Shown here: in pieces, positions 56,285 through 64,000 of the stretch
How the letters are laid out: each line of letters opens with the position of its first letter
How positions within the stretch are numbered: position 1 is the stretch's first letter
Assembly: GCA_944332715.1 (NCBI GenBank)
Contig: CALVKN010000068.1
Location: forward strand, 11,572 to 75,571
Source of the DNA: an uncultured Bacilli bacterium
GTDB lineage: Bacteria; Bacillota_I; Bacilli_A; RF39; UBA660
Direction: 5' to 3'
Length of the DNA stretch: 64,000 nucleotides
Position numbers and translations under genes: made by a program
The notes under the pieces: generated by a model
Databases searched by the model: none
Told to the model about the DNA's origin: nothing
Seen by the model: the letters and a program-made list of their open reading frames with translations, nothing else

Positions 56285-57600
56285 GCGCGCCTTCCTCCGG
56301 CGGCGTCGTGCCGCCGTTTCGCATTCTCTATGAGGACAACCATCTGCTGGTGGTCGAAAAGCCGGTCAACGTGCCCGTACAGGCCGATGCGACCGGCGAC
56401 GACGACCTGCTCTCCCAGTGCCGCCGCTACATCAAGGCCGCCTACGATAAGCCGGGCGAGGCGTTCGTCGCGCTCGTGCACCGGCTGGACCGGCCCGTGG
56501 GCGGCGTCATGGTGTTTGCGCGCACGAGCAAGGCGGCCGCGCGGCTGACCGCGCAGTTCAAGGCGCACACCGCCGGCAAGCGGTACGCCGCCGTCGTGGA
56601 GGGCTGCCCGCCGCCCGAGGGCCGGCTCGTGGACTGGCTGTACAAGGACGAAAAGAGCTTTTCCTCCGCTGTCGTGCCCGAGGGGACCGCGGGCGCCAAG
56701 CGCGCCGAGCTGCGCTTTGACACGCTGGCTGCGCGCGACGGCCGCGCGCTGCTCGACGTGTCGCTCCGGACCGGCCGGCCGCACCAGATCCGCGTGCAAT
56801 TGGCCCATGCCGGCTTCCCGATCGAGGGCGACCAGCGCTACAATCCCGCCGCGCGCCCCGGCGCGCAGATCCGGCTCTGGGCATATGCGCTGACGCTGCG
56901 CCACCCCACGCAGGGCGAGGAGATGACCTTCTTTTCCCTGCCGCAGGGGGACGGCTTTTCCGCGTTCCCCGCGCAGCTCGCGTTGCTGCCGGCATTTGCC
57001 GTCTGCCGCGGCGTGTATGTGGACGACGAGCTGCTGGTGGTGGACAAACATGCCGGCGTGGAGGTCGAGACGGACCTCGCGGGCGCGCTCGAGAGCATTG
57101 TGGGCACGGTCTATCCCGTGCACCGGCTGGACGCCAATACCGAGGGGCTCGTCGCCTTTGCGCGCACCGAGCCGATGCGCGACCGGCTGCTCCAGGCGTT
57201 CCGCACGCACGAGGGCGTGGAAAAGACGTATCGGGCCGTGCTCGCCGCCGTGCCGGAACGGCGCGAAGGCACGCTCGAGCACTGGCTACTCAAGGATCCG
57301 GAGCGCGCGTTTGTGCGCGTCGTGCCGGCCGGCACGCCCGGCGCGCAGCAGGCGCGCCTGTCCTACCGGGTGTTGCAGGAGAAGGACGGCCTGGCGCTGG
57401 CCGAGATCTCCCTCTTTACCGGGCGCACGCACCAGATCCGCGTGCAGATGGCCGCCATCGGCTGTCCCGTGCTCGGCGACGACCGGTACGGCGACCGGGA
57501 GGCAAACCATCGCTTCCACGTCCGGCGGCAGCAGCTGCTCGCCGCCCGGCTCACGCTGTTTGGGCGGACGTTCGTCTCCGGCCGGCGCCTTTCGCTTTAG
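56281..57600 (+). CDS. Tandem double RluA-family pseudouridine synthase (two complete catalytic domains in one polypeptide)
   Basis: Domain 1: ILYEDNHLLVVEKPVNVPV...HRLDRPVGGVMVFARTSKAA...GRPHQIRVQLA. Domain 2: VYVDDELLVVDKHAGVEVE...HRLDANTEGLVAFARTEPM...GRTHQIRVQMA. Both keep the catalytic HRLD aspartate. Start set at the GTG (56281) that overlaps the upstream stop as GTGA; the track starts at 56254. Confidence 0.75.
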   Translation: MSAPSSGGVVPPFRILYEDNHLLVVEKPVNVPVQADATGDDDLLSQCRRYIKAAYDKPGEAFVALVHRLDRPVGGVMVFARTSKAAARLTAQFKAHTAGKRYAAVVEGCPPPEGRLVDWLYKDEKSFSSAVVPEGTAGAKRAELRFDTLAARDGRALLDVSLRTGRPHQIRVQLAHAGFPIEGDQRYNPAARPGAQIRLWAYALTLRHPTQGEEMTFFSLPQGDGFSAFPAQLALLPAFAVCRGVYVDDELLVVDKHAGVEVETDLAGALESIVGTVYPVHRLDANTEGLVAFARTEPMRDRLLQAFRTHEGVEKTYRAVLAAVPERREGTLEHWLLKDPERAFVRVVPAGTPGAQQARLSYRVLQEKDGLALAEISLFTGRTHQIRVQMAAIGCPVLGDDRYGDREANHRFHVRRQQLLAARLTLFGRTFVSGRRLSL

Positions 57601-57730
57601 CACGCCGCAGAGGGGCGAAGGACAACCGGGAGCGGGAGGCGGCCTCCGCCCGCGCCGCCCTTTGGGGCGCCCGTTGGTTTGGAAAAGGGGAGGCCAGGAT
57701 CGACCGGGTACAGGTGGAGGGGGAGGAGCG

Positions 57731-58204
57731 GTGCCGGCGTTGCGGGACATATCCATCGAAATCCGCCCGTACGGGCCGGAGGATTTTGCGGCCCTGTGCC
57801 GCGTGCACGACGCGGCGCGCAGGGTAGAGCTGGAACTGGCCGGCCTGTCGCCCGCGTTTGTGCCGCTGTGCCTTGCGGCTGAGCGGGAGGGGCTGTTCCG
57901 CTATCGGGTGTACGTGGCCGAATATGGCGGCGCCGTCGCGGGGTTTGTGGCGTTTTCGGCGGAGGAGCTGGCGTGGTTGTATGTGGACCCCGCGCTGGCG
58001 CGCCGGGGCATCGGGTCGCGTCTTGCGGCGTTTGCGCTGGGGCAGATGGAGGGCCGCGCGACGGTCGAGGTGCTGCTGGGCAACGCGCCGGCGCTGGCGC
58101 TGTATGCGCGGCTGGGGTTTGTGCCACTTGCGGTGCAGGCGGGCGTGATGCCCGGGAACGAGGCGTTTCCCGTCCAGGTGCACGTGCTTGGACGCGGGCG
58201 GTGA
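57731..58204 (+). CDS. GNAT-family N-acetyltransferase
   Basis: About 157 aa; ...LYVDPALARRGIGSRLAAFAL is the acetyl-CoA binding motif A (Q/RxxGxG/A). GTG or TTG start after a GGGAGGAG Shine-Dalgarno. Confidence 0.7.
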   Translation: MPALRDISIEIRPYGPEDFAALCRVHDAARRVELELAGLSPAFVPLCLAAEREGLFRYRVYVAEYGGAVAGFVAFSAEELAWLYVDPALARRGIGSRLAAFALGQMEGRATVEVLLGNAPALALYARLGFVPLAVQAGVMPGNEAFPVQVHVLGRGR

Positions 58205-58216
58205 GGAGGAAGGGCG

Positions 58217-58900
58217 ATGCAGGATCGGACGGCGCTGCTGATCGGGCAGGCGGGCGTCGAGCGCCTGGCCGCGTGCCGCGTGGCGGTGGTCGGGCTGGGC
58301 GGCGTGGGCGGCCATTGCGCGGAGGCGCTGGCGCGCGCCGGCGTGGGCGCGCTGCACCTGGTCGATGCGGACGCGGTGACGGAGAGCAACCTGAACCGCC
58401 AGCTCGTGGCCACGTTTGACACGATCGGCAGGAAAAAGACGGAAGCGATGGCCGAGCGCCTTGCGGCCGTGTCCCGCTGCCGGGTGACGGCGGCGGACGT
58501 GTTTGTGCTGCCGGACACGGTGGAGCAGGCGCTGCCGGGCGCGTTTGACTTTCTCGTGGACGCGATCGACACGCTGGCCGGCAAGCTCGCGCTCGTCGAT
58601 TTTTGCCGTGCCCGCGGCGTGCCCATGGTGTCGTGCATGGGCGCGGGCAACCGGTTGGACGCCTCCCGCTTTGCCGTGCGGGACGTGTTTGCCACGTCCG
58701 GCTGCCCGCTTGCGCGGCGGATGCGCGCGGCGCTGCGCAAGCGCGGCGTGCCGTCCCTGCCGGTCGTCTGTTCCGACGAGCCGCCGCATGCCGCGCCGGG
58801 GCAGGCGGCCATCGGCAGCCTCGCGCCGGTCACGGCCGCCGCGGGGTTGATCGCGGCGGATTACGCCATCCTGACCCTGTTGGGCGTGCGCGGCGCGTAG
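58217..58900 (+). CDS. tcdA: tRNA threonylcarbamoyladenosine dehydratase (TcdA/CsdL; ThiF/MoeB E1-like)
   Basis: VAVVGLGGVGGHCAEALARAGVG Rossmann/ATP motif...DAVTESNLNRQ. Confidence 0.8.
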   Translation: MQDRTALLIGQAGVERLAACRVAVVGLGGVGGHCAEALARAGVGALHLVDADAVTESNLNRQLVATFDTIGRKKTEAMAERLAAVSRCRVTAADVFVLPDTVEQALPGAFDFLVDAIDTLAGKLALVDFCRARGVPMVSCMGAGNRLDASRFAVRDVFATSGCPLARRMRAALRKRGVPSLPVVCSDEPPHAAPGQAAIGSLAPVTAAAGLIAADYAILTLLGVRGA

Positions 58901-59093
58901 TGCGCCGCTTTTTTTGCCGCCTCCGCAAAAAACTATTCCATAATTTTGATGGATCATGTATAATAGCTCGGTTAGGGCTCAACCTGTCGCCGGGGCGCAC
59001 GGCGTGCGCGGCGGAGGGGTTGCGCGCGGCGCGCGGCGCCGGCGAGATTTCGGGTCCGGGGGGACCCGAACAGAGAGAAGAGGGAACGAAGAG

Positions 59094-60917
59094 ATGGAAA
59101 TCAGAAATGTGGCGATCATCGCGCACGTGGACCACGGCAAGACCACGCTGGTCGATCAGCTGCTGCGCGGCGCGGGCGCGCTGCGCAGGAACGAGCTGGG
59201 CGGCGAGCGCGTGATGGACAGCAACGACCTCGAGCGGGAGCGCGGGATCACGATCCTGTCCAAAAACACGGCCGTGACGTATGGCGACGTGCGCATCAAC
59301 ATCGTAGACACGCCGGGCCACGCCGACTTTGGCGGCGAGGTGGAGCGCATTTTACAGATGGTGGACGGCGTGCTGCTGCTCGTGGACGCGTTCGAGGGCT
59401 GCATGCCGCAGACGCGCTTTGTGCTCCGGAAGGCGCTGGAGCTTGGCAAGGTGCCGGTCGTGGTCGTGAACAAGGTGGATCGCCCGGACGCGCGGCCGAT
59501 GGAGGTCGTGGACGAGACGCTCGAGTTGTTCATCGAGCTGGGCGCGACGGCCGAGCAGCTGGACTTCCCGGTGATCTATGCCTCCGCGCGCGACGGCAGC
59601 TCCGGCATGTCGCCGGATGCGCTCGAGCCGAACATGAACGCCGTGTTCGACACGATCCTGCAATATATCCCGGCGCCGCAGCAGGACTTTGACGCGCCGC
59701 TGCAGATCCTGTTCTCGGCCATTGAGTACGACGAGTACGTCGGCCGCATCGGCATCGGCCGGATCGAGCGGGGCGTGGCGCGCAGGCTGCAGCCCATCGT
59801 GCTCTGCGGCGGCGAGGGCGACCGGCGCATCGACGCGAAGATCACGCGGCTGTACCGGTTCGAGGGCCTGCGCCGCGTGGAGATTGAGGAGGCCGAGCCG
59901 GGCGAAATTGTCTGCGTCGCGGGCGTGGAGGGGCTGAACGTCGGGCAGACCGCGTGCGACCCTTCGTGCGTGGAGCCGATGCCGTTCGTCAAGATCGACG
60001 AGCCGACCGTCTCCATGCTGTTTATGGTCAACGACAGCCCGTTTGCCGGGCGCGAGGGCAAGTATGTCACCTCCCGCAACCTGCGCGACCGCCTGTTTAC
60101 GGAGGTCAAGACGAACGTGTCCATGCGCGTGGAGGAGACCGACAGCACCGATACGTTCCGCGTGAGCGGCCGCGGCGAGCTGCACCTGTCGATTTTGATC
60201 GAGCAGATGCGCCGCCAGGGGTATGAGTTTGCCGTGTCGCGCCCGAAGGTCATCCTGCACAGGGACGACCAGGGCCGCACGACCGAGCCGATCGAGGAGC
60301 TGACCATCGACGTGCCGCAGGAGTATTCGGGCGTCGTCATCGAAAAGCTGGGCCAGCGCAAGGGCGTGATGGTGGACATGCAGCCGCAGGGCGAGGCCAG
60401 CGTGCGCCTGCGCTACCTGATCCCGGCCCGCGGGCTGATGGGGTATCGCTCCGAGCTGCTGACCGACACGCGCGGCAACGGCGTCATGAACCACCTGTTC
60501 CACGGCTATGAGCCGTACAAGGGGGAGATCGAGGAGCGCAAGACGGGCAGCCTGGTCGCGCACGAGACGGGCGAAACGACCAGCTACGGCCTGTTCAACA
60601 CGCAGGATCGCGGGCGGCTGTTCGTCGGGCCGGGCGTGCCGGTGTACGAGGGGGAGATCGTGGGCGAGTGCGCCAAGGCGGAGGATATCGTGGTCAACGT
60701 GTGCAAGAAAAAGCACGTCACCAACATGCGCGCCGCGGGCAGCGACGAGGCGCTGCGCCTCACGCCGGCGACGGTCTTTTCGCTCGAACAGTGCCTGGAG
60801 TTCATCGCGGACGACGAGCTCGTCGAGGTCACGCCCAAGAGCATCCGCATGCGCAAGCGCTACCTGACCAAGGAGCAGCGCGTCAAGATGCTCAACCGCT
60901 CAAAGAGCGTGGAGTGA
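59094..60917 (+). CDS. typA: Translational GTPase TypA/BipA
   Basis: MEIRNVAIIAHVDHGKTTLVD...DTPGHADFGGEV...NKVDR, about 607 aa with C-terminal BipA domains. Confidence 0.92.
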   Translation: MEIRNVAIIAHVDHGKTTLVDQLLRGAGALRRNELGGERVMDSNDLERERGITILSKNTAVTYGDVRINIVDTPGHADFGGEVERILQMVDGVLLLVDAFEGCMPQTRFVLRKALELGKVPVVVVNKVDRPDARPMEVVDETLELFIELGATAEQLDFPVIYASARDGSSGMSPDALEPNMNAVFDTILQYIPAPQQDFDAPLQILFSAIEYDEYVGRIGIGRIERGVARRLQPIVLCGGEGDRRIDAKITRLYRFEGLRRVEIEEAEPGEIVCVAGVEGLNVGQTACDPSCVEPMPFVKIDEPTVSMLFMVNDSPFAGREGKYVTSRNLRDRLFTEVKTNVSMRVEETDSTDTFRVSGRGELHLSILIEQMRRQGYEFAVSRPKVILHRDDQGRTTEPIEELTIDVPQEYSGVVIEKLGQRKGVMVDMQPQGEASVRLRYLIPARGLMGYRSELLTDTRGNGVMNHLFHGYEPYKGEIEERKTGSLVAHETGETTSYGLFNTQDRGRLFVGPGVPVYEGEIVGECAKAEDIVVNVCKKKHVTNMRAAGSDEALRLTPATVFSLEQCLEFIADDELVEVTPKSIRMRKRYLTKEQRVKMLNRSKSVE

Positions 60918-60951
60918 GACGCGGCAAGCGGCCGATTCGAAGGGAAACAGT

Positions 60952-60996
60952 AACCGGGCGCGCCGCCCCCATTTGGGGAGCGGCGCGCCCGGTTTG
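60952..60996. terminator. Bidirectional terminator between convergent typA and the DUF11 gene
   Basis: AACCGGGCGCGCCGCCCCC ATTTG GGGAGCGGCGCGCCCGGTTT. Confidence 0.7.
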
Positions 60997-61076
60997 TCTG
61001 CCGGCGGGGGCAGGGGGCGGCGCCGGCCATGCGGTTTGCGGCGTGAGCCATGCCGCCGGAAACGGTAGCCTGGCGG

Positions 61077-61925
61077 TCAGACGGTGCCGCTCACGACGAG
61101 CGTGCTGCGGCCGGGGCGGATGGTCCAGCTGCCGTCGTCGGCCTGCTCGGCGGTGGCGGCGGGCACGGTGAGCTGGCCCGGCACGGTCGAAAACGCGCCG
61201 GTGTCCGCGTCGTAGGCGTAGTGCGCGGGCGCACTCCAGGGCGCGCCGTCAAACGTGACGGACAGGTCGGCGAGGATCGGGTCAAACACGTCGGACAGCA
61301 CGGCGGCCTCCGTCGCCTCCGCCGCCGTGTTGCCGGCGTTCTGGATCACAAAGGTGTAGGTCACGCGCGAATTTGCCGTGACGGACGTGGGGCTGAGCGA
61401 TTTGACGACCGAGAGGATGGGCCTCTCCGCCGCTTCGACCGTCTCCGTGGCGGTAGGCACGGACGACAGGCCCGCGCCCGTGACCGAGACGGTGTTGGTG
61501 ATCGACCCGCCGGCGGCGGGCGGCGCATACTGGTTGACCCGCGCCCGATAGACCAGCACGGCGCTGCCGCCGGCCGGCACTGCAAGGCCGGAAAAGACGA
61601 GCGGCGGGCCGGCCGTCGCCGCCGGCACGGGCTGCGGCAGGCCGTCTGCAAACAGGCGGGCGGAATCCGGCACATAGGAAAGCGGCGCGGGCGCCCCGCC
61701 CGCGGCCGGCGCGCCGAGATCGTCCGTCACCGTCAGGCCGGAGAGCGGCGTGCCGCCCGTGTTGACGAGGCCGATGGCATAGGTCACGTCGCCGCCCGGC
61801 AGATAGCTGTCGCCCGCGGCCGCCACGGAGACGGCGAGGACGCTTCTGAGCTCGCCGGTCACCGGGTTGGAGCTGGCGACCAGCCCGCGGTATGTGAGCG
61901 TCGCCACATTGGTAAACGTTGGCAT
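61077..61925 (-). CDS. DUF11 (conserved repeat domain) protein, no signal peptide
   Basis: Two to three Ig-like DUF11-type repeats (..TYTFVIQNAGNTAA.., ..VTYAIGLVNTGGTPLSGLTV.., ..ITNTVSVTGAG..). Rich in Thr, Val, Gly and Ala. Confidence 0.6.
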   Translation of the reverse strand: MPTFTNVATLTYRGLVASSNPVTGELRSVLAVSVAAAGDSYLPGGDVTYAIGLVNTGGTPLSGLTVTDDLGAPAAGGAPAPLSYVPDSARLFADGLPQPVPAATAGPPLVFSGLAVPAGGSAVLVYRARVNQYAPPAAGGSITNTVSVTGAGLSSVPTATETVEAAERPILSVVKSLSPTSVTANSRVTYTFVIQNAGNTAAEATEAAVLSDVFDPILADLSVTFDGAPWSAPAHYAYDADTGAFSTVPGQLTVPAATAEQADDGSWTIRPGRSTLVVSGTV

Positions 61926-62142
61926 GCGGTTCCCTCCCGAGAAAAAAAGAGTGTTTCACCCACATACTATGCCGGCGGCGCGGAATGTGCCACGGCGCGC
62001 GGCGGACGGGACGGAAGCGGTCGGGGCTGATCGGGACGTGTTGCTGCGTCGGTGCAGGGAAAAGCCGCCCCCACCCGGCGCGAAAGGCGACGGGCGGGGA
62101 CGGCCTTGGCTTGTACGACGTATGGGCGCCGGGGTGCGCTGT

Positions 62143-62493
62143 TTATGCGTAGAGGATCAGCGCGATGAGCTCAAGCGGCTCGTCGCCGGTGTTCACCATG
62201 GCATGCCCGGTGCCGGAGGGCGTGAACGTGGTGTCGCCGGCGGACACGGGCACGATGGTGCCGTTGTCGTTGAACTCGCCGGTGCCGCTGTAGATGTAGT
62301 AGATCTCGGAATCGCCGTTGTGCGTGTGGAAGCCGATGCCGCAGCCGGGCAGCAGCGTGGTGTGCGCGAACACGCGCCCCTTGCCGTTGAGCTCCGCGTC
62401 CGAATTGACCAGATGCCGCACGGTGATGAACCCGTCGGCGCCAAACTTGTGCTCCGCGACCTCCACATTCCGATCGTTTGCCTTGCGTACCAT
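62143..62493 (-). CDS. Cupin-domain protein (about 116 aa)
   Basis: GxGFHTHNGDSEIYYIYSGTGEF...GHAMVNTG matches cupin motifs 1 and 2. ATG at 62493 with a GAGGAAGG Shine-Dalgarno. The long track ORF upstream in the same frame is treated as spurious. Confidence 0.7.
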   Translation of the reverse strand: MVRKANDRNVEVAEHKFGADGFITVRHLVNSDAELNGKGRVFAHTTLLPGCGIGFHTHNGDSEIYYIYSGTGEFNDNGTIVPVSAGDTTFTPSGTGHAMVNTGDEPLELIALILYA

Positions 62494-62693
62494 GTATGCG
62501 TTCCTTCCTCTGATGATTGGCTTGCCGCGCACGCCGATGTCTTGCGGGCGCGAATACGAATAAAAGAAAACGATTGCAAGGAAAATATAATACAAACCGG
62601 GAAAACTTGTCAAGCGCCGCGGCCATCCGGCCGCGGCGCGCGGATCGGCTGACGGGCCAAACGGCGGGCGCGCGGCGCAAGCGCCCGCGGCGC

Positions 62694-63920
62694 TCACCGC
62701 GCGGCGCGCAGGCGCTGGGCCAGATAGCCTTTGAGCTGGGCAAAGGCCTCTGAAAGCCCGTCGCGGACCGGCGCGCTGCCCTGGGCCATCGTGCCGCGGC
62801 CGCCGCCCTTGCCGCCGAGCGCGGCGTTGACCGCCTGGCACAGCTCGCCCATGTCGAGCCCCACGCCGTCGCTGCACAGCAGCACGTATTGCACGCGCGA
62901 CTCGTCCACGGCGAGCAGGAACACGAGCGTGGGCGCGTTGCAGAGCGCCTGCTGGGCGAGCGGACGGAGCGCCTTGGCCTCCACGCCGTCCACCTGCGCG
63001 GCGACGAGCAGCGCCCTGCCGGCGCGTTCCGCGCCGGCGCGCAGCTCCTGGGCGAGATAGGCGGAGACCCTGGCGCCGAGCGCGCGCTCTGCCCTGCGGG
63101 CGGCGCTCAGCTCGTCCGTCTGCTTCTGCACGGCCGCCTCCACGTTTTCGCGGCCCGTGGAAAACCGCCGGGCGAGGCGGTCCACCGCGTCGTGCATGGC
63201 GCGCGCGTGCCTGAGCGCGCGCAGGCCGCACAGGAACGTGAGGCGCACGCCGCCCTTCCAGGCCACGGCGTCGGTGAGGAACAGCATGCCGATCTCCCCG
63301 GTGCGCGCGCAGTGCGGCGCGCAGCAGGTGCAGCAGTCCGCCCCCTCGATGGTCACGACGCGGATCGGCGCGGTCAGCCCCTCCGCGTGCTTGCGCAGCG
63401 ACAGGCCCTCGAGCGCCGCTTCGGACGCATAGCTTGCGGCGGTCACGGCGAGGTCGCGCGCGGCCAGCTCGTTTGCGGCCTGCTCCAGCTCCTGCAACTG
63501 TGCGGCGTCGAGCGGCCGGTCGAGGTCGATCGTGCCGTAGGCCTCGGACAGGTGGAAGCCCACGTTCACCGCGCCAAAGCGTTGAAACGCGCACCAGGAG
63601 AGCAGGTGTTCGCCGGTGTGCTGCTGCATGTGGTCGAAGCGGCGCGCCCAGTCGATCTCCGCCTCCACGTCCGTGCCTGCCGGCACGGGCCGGTCGGCAT
63701 GGTGGAGAAGCGCGCCGTCCGTCTCGTCGCAGCCGGTGACCGTGACGGCGCCGCCGGGAAAGCGGAGCGTGCCGGCGTCGCACGGCTGCCCGCCGGCGTT
63801 GGGGAAAAAGACCGTCTGGTCGAGCGTGAGGTCGTAGCCCGCCTGCGCCGGCGTGCAGGAGAGCACGCGCGCGCGGCAGCGGGTCAGGTGGCTGTCTTCG
63901 AGATACAGGCGTCGGGTCAT
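62694..63920 (-). CDS. alaX: Alanyl-tRNA editing protein, AlaX-L type (AlaRS editing-domain homolog)
   Basis: HTGEHLL zinc motif...CCAPHC (CxxxH) editing-site motif, C-terminal DHHA1-like region. Start at the ATG (about 63920) with a GGAAAGGGG Shine-Dalgarno. Confidence 0.75.
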   Translation of the reverse strand: MTRRLYLEDSHLTRCRARVLSCTPAQAGYDLTLDQTVFFPNAGGQPCDAGTLRFPGGAVTVTGCDETDGALLHHADRPVPAGTDVEAEIDWARRFDHMQQHTGEHLLSWCAFQRFGAVNVGFHLSEAYGTIDLDRPLDAAQLQELEQAANELAARDLAVTAASYASEAALEGLSLRKHAEGLTAPIRVVTIEGADCCTCCAPHCARTGEIGMLFLTDAVAWKGGVRLTFLCGLRALRHARAMHDAVDRLARRFSTGRENVEAAVQKQTDELSAARRAERALGARVSAYLAQELRAGAERAGRALLVAAQVDGVEAKALRPLAQQALCNAPTLVFLLAVDESRVQYVLLCSDGVGLDMGELCQAVNAALGGKGGGRGTMAQGSAPVRDGLSEAFAQLKGYLAQRLRAAR

Positions 63921-64000
63921 GGGGGTCCCCTTTCCGGTCGTGGGCGCGGCTTTTGGCGAACCGCGCGTTCCGTTTTTGTAGATTGGCACCTCATTATAGC

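Overview
This is a 64 kb window of very GC-rich (about 65-70% GC) chromosomal DNA. Gene content (spoIIR, sleB-ypeB, SH3b cell-wall-binding repeats, desulfoferrodoxin, rubrerythrin, ferredoxin) points to a spore-forming anaerobic Firmicute, Clostridia-like; this is an inference. Because of the GC content the six-frame track contains many long spurious antisense ORFs. I called genes by recognisable protein families, start-codon context (Shine-Dalgarno-like GGAGG motifs) and operon logic. Most of the window is core metabolism and housekeeping:
- a complete 10-gene histidine operon (hisZ-G-D-C-B-H-A-F-IE-K) on the minus strand;
- a split purine finishing pair: a stand-alone AICAR transformylase plus an archaeal-type IMP cyclohydrolase (PurO-like);
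- trxB, glmM, nth, obg, dfx, yhbY, glnS, gltX, ychF, tcdA, typA, and a csoR-copA copper module with a recognisable CsoR operator;
- one tRNA (CAT anticodon).
The unusual items are:
- a single 1216-codon ORF fusing a GPH/MFS sugar transporter to a GH2 glycosidase;
- a three-gene operon pairing an alpha-oxoamine synthase with a KDSR-like short-chain dehydrogenase (tail-anchored) and a beta-hydroxyacid dehydrogenase. This is the layout expected for making a sphingoid-base-like or aminolipid product, which would be unexpected in a Firmicute;
- a phage-derived ParB-like / hypothetical / NlpC-P60 peptidoglycan hydrolase / holin cassette adjacent to the tRNA, either a prophage lysis remnant or a holin-dependent release module;
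- an XRE-HTH::alanine aminotransferase fusion preceded by four TTGAACTT direct repeats;
- a tandem double RluA pseudouridine synthase;
- a copA with an in-frame C-terminal CopZ-like domain that keeps its own ribosome-binding site;
- a large surface protein with 4 Ig-like and 6 SH3b repeats.
Starts are given to the nearest codon. I checked coordinates by hand; they agree with the ORF track except for one-base disagreements at a few places, usually next to G/C homopolymer runs, which I could not resolve. I have no database access, so every family assignment is from motif recognition and memory.
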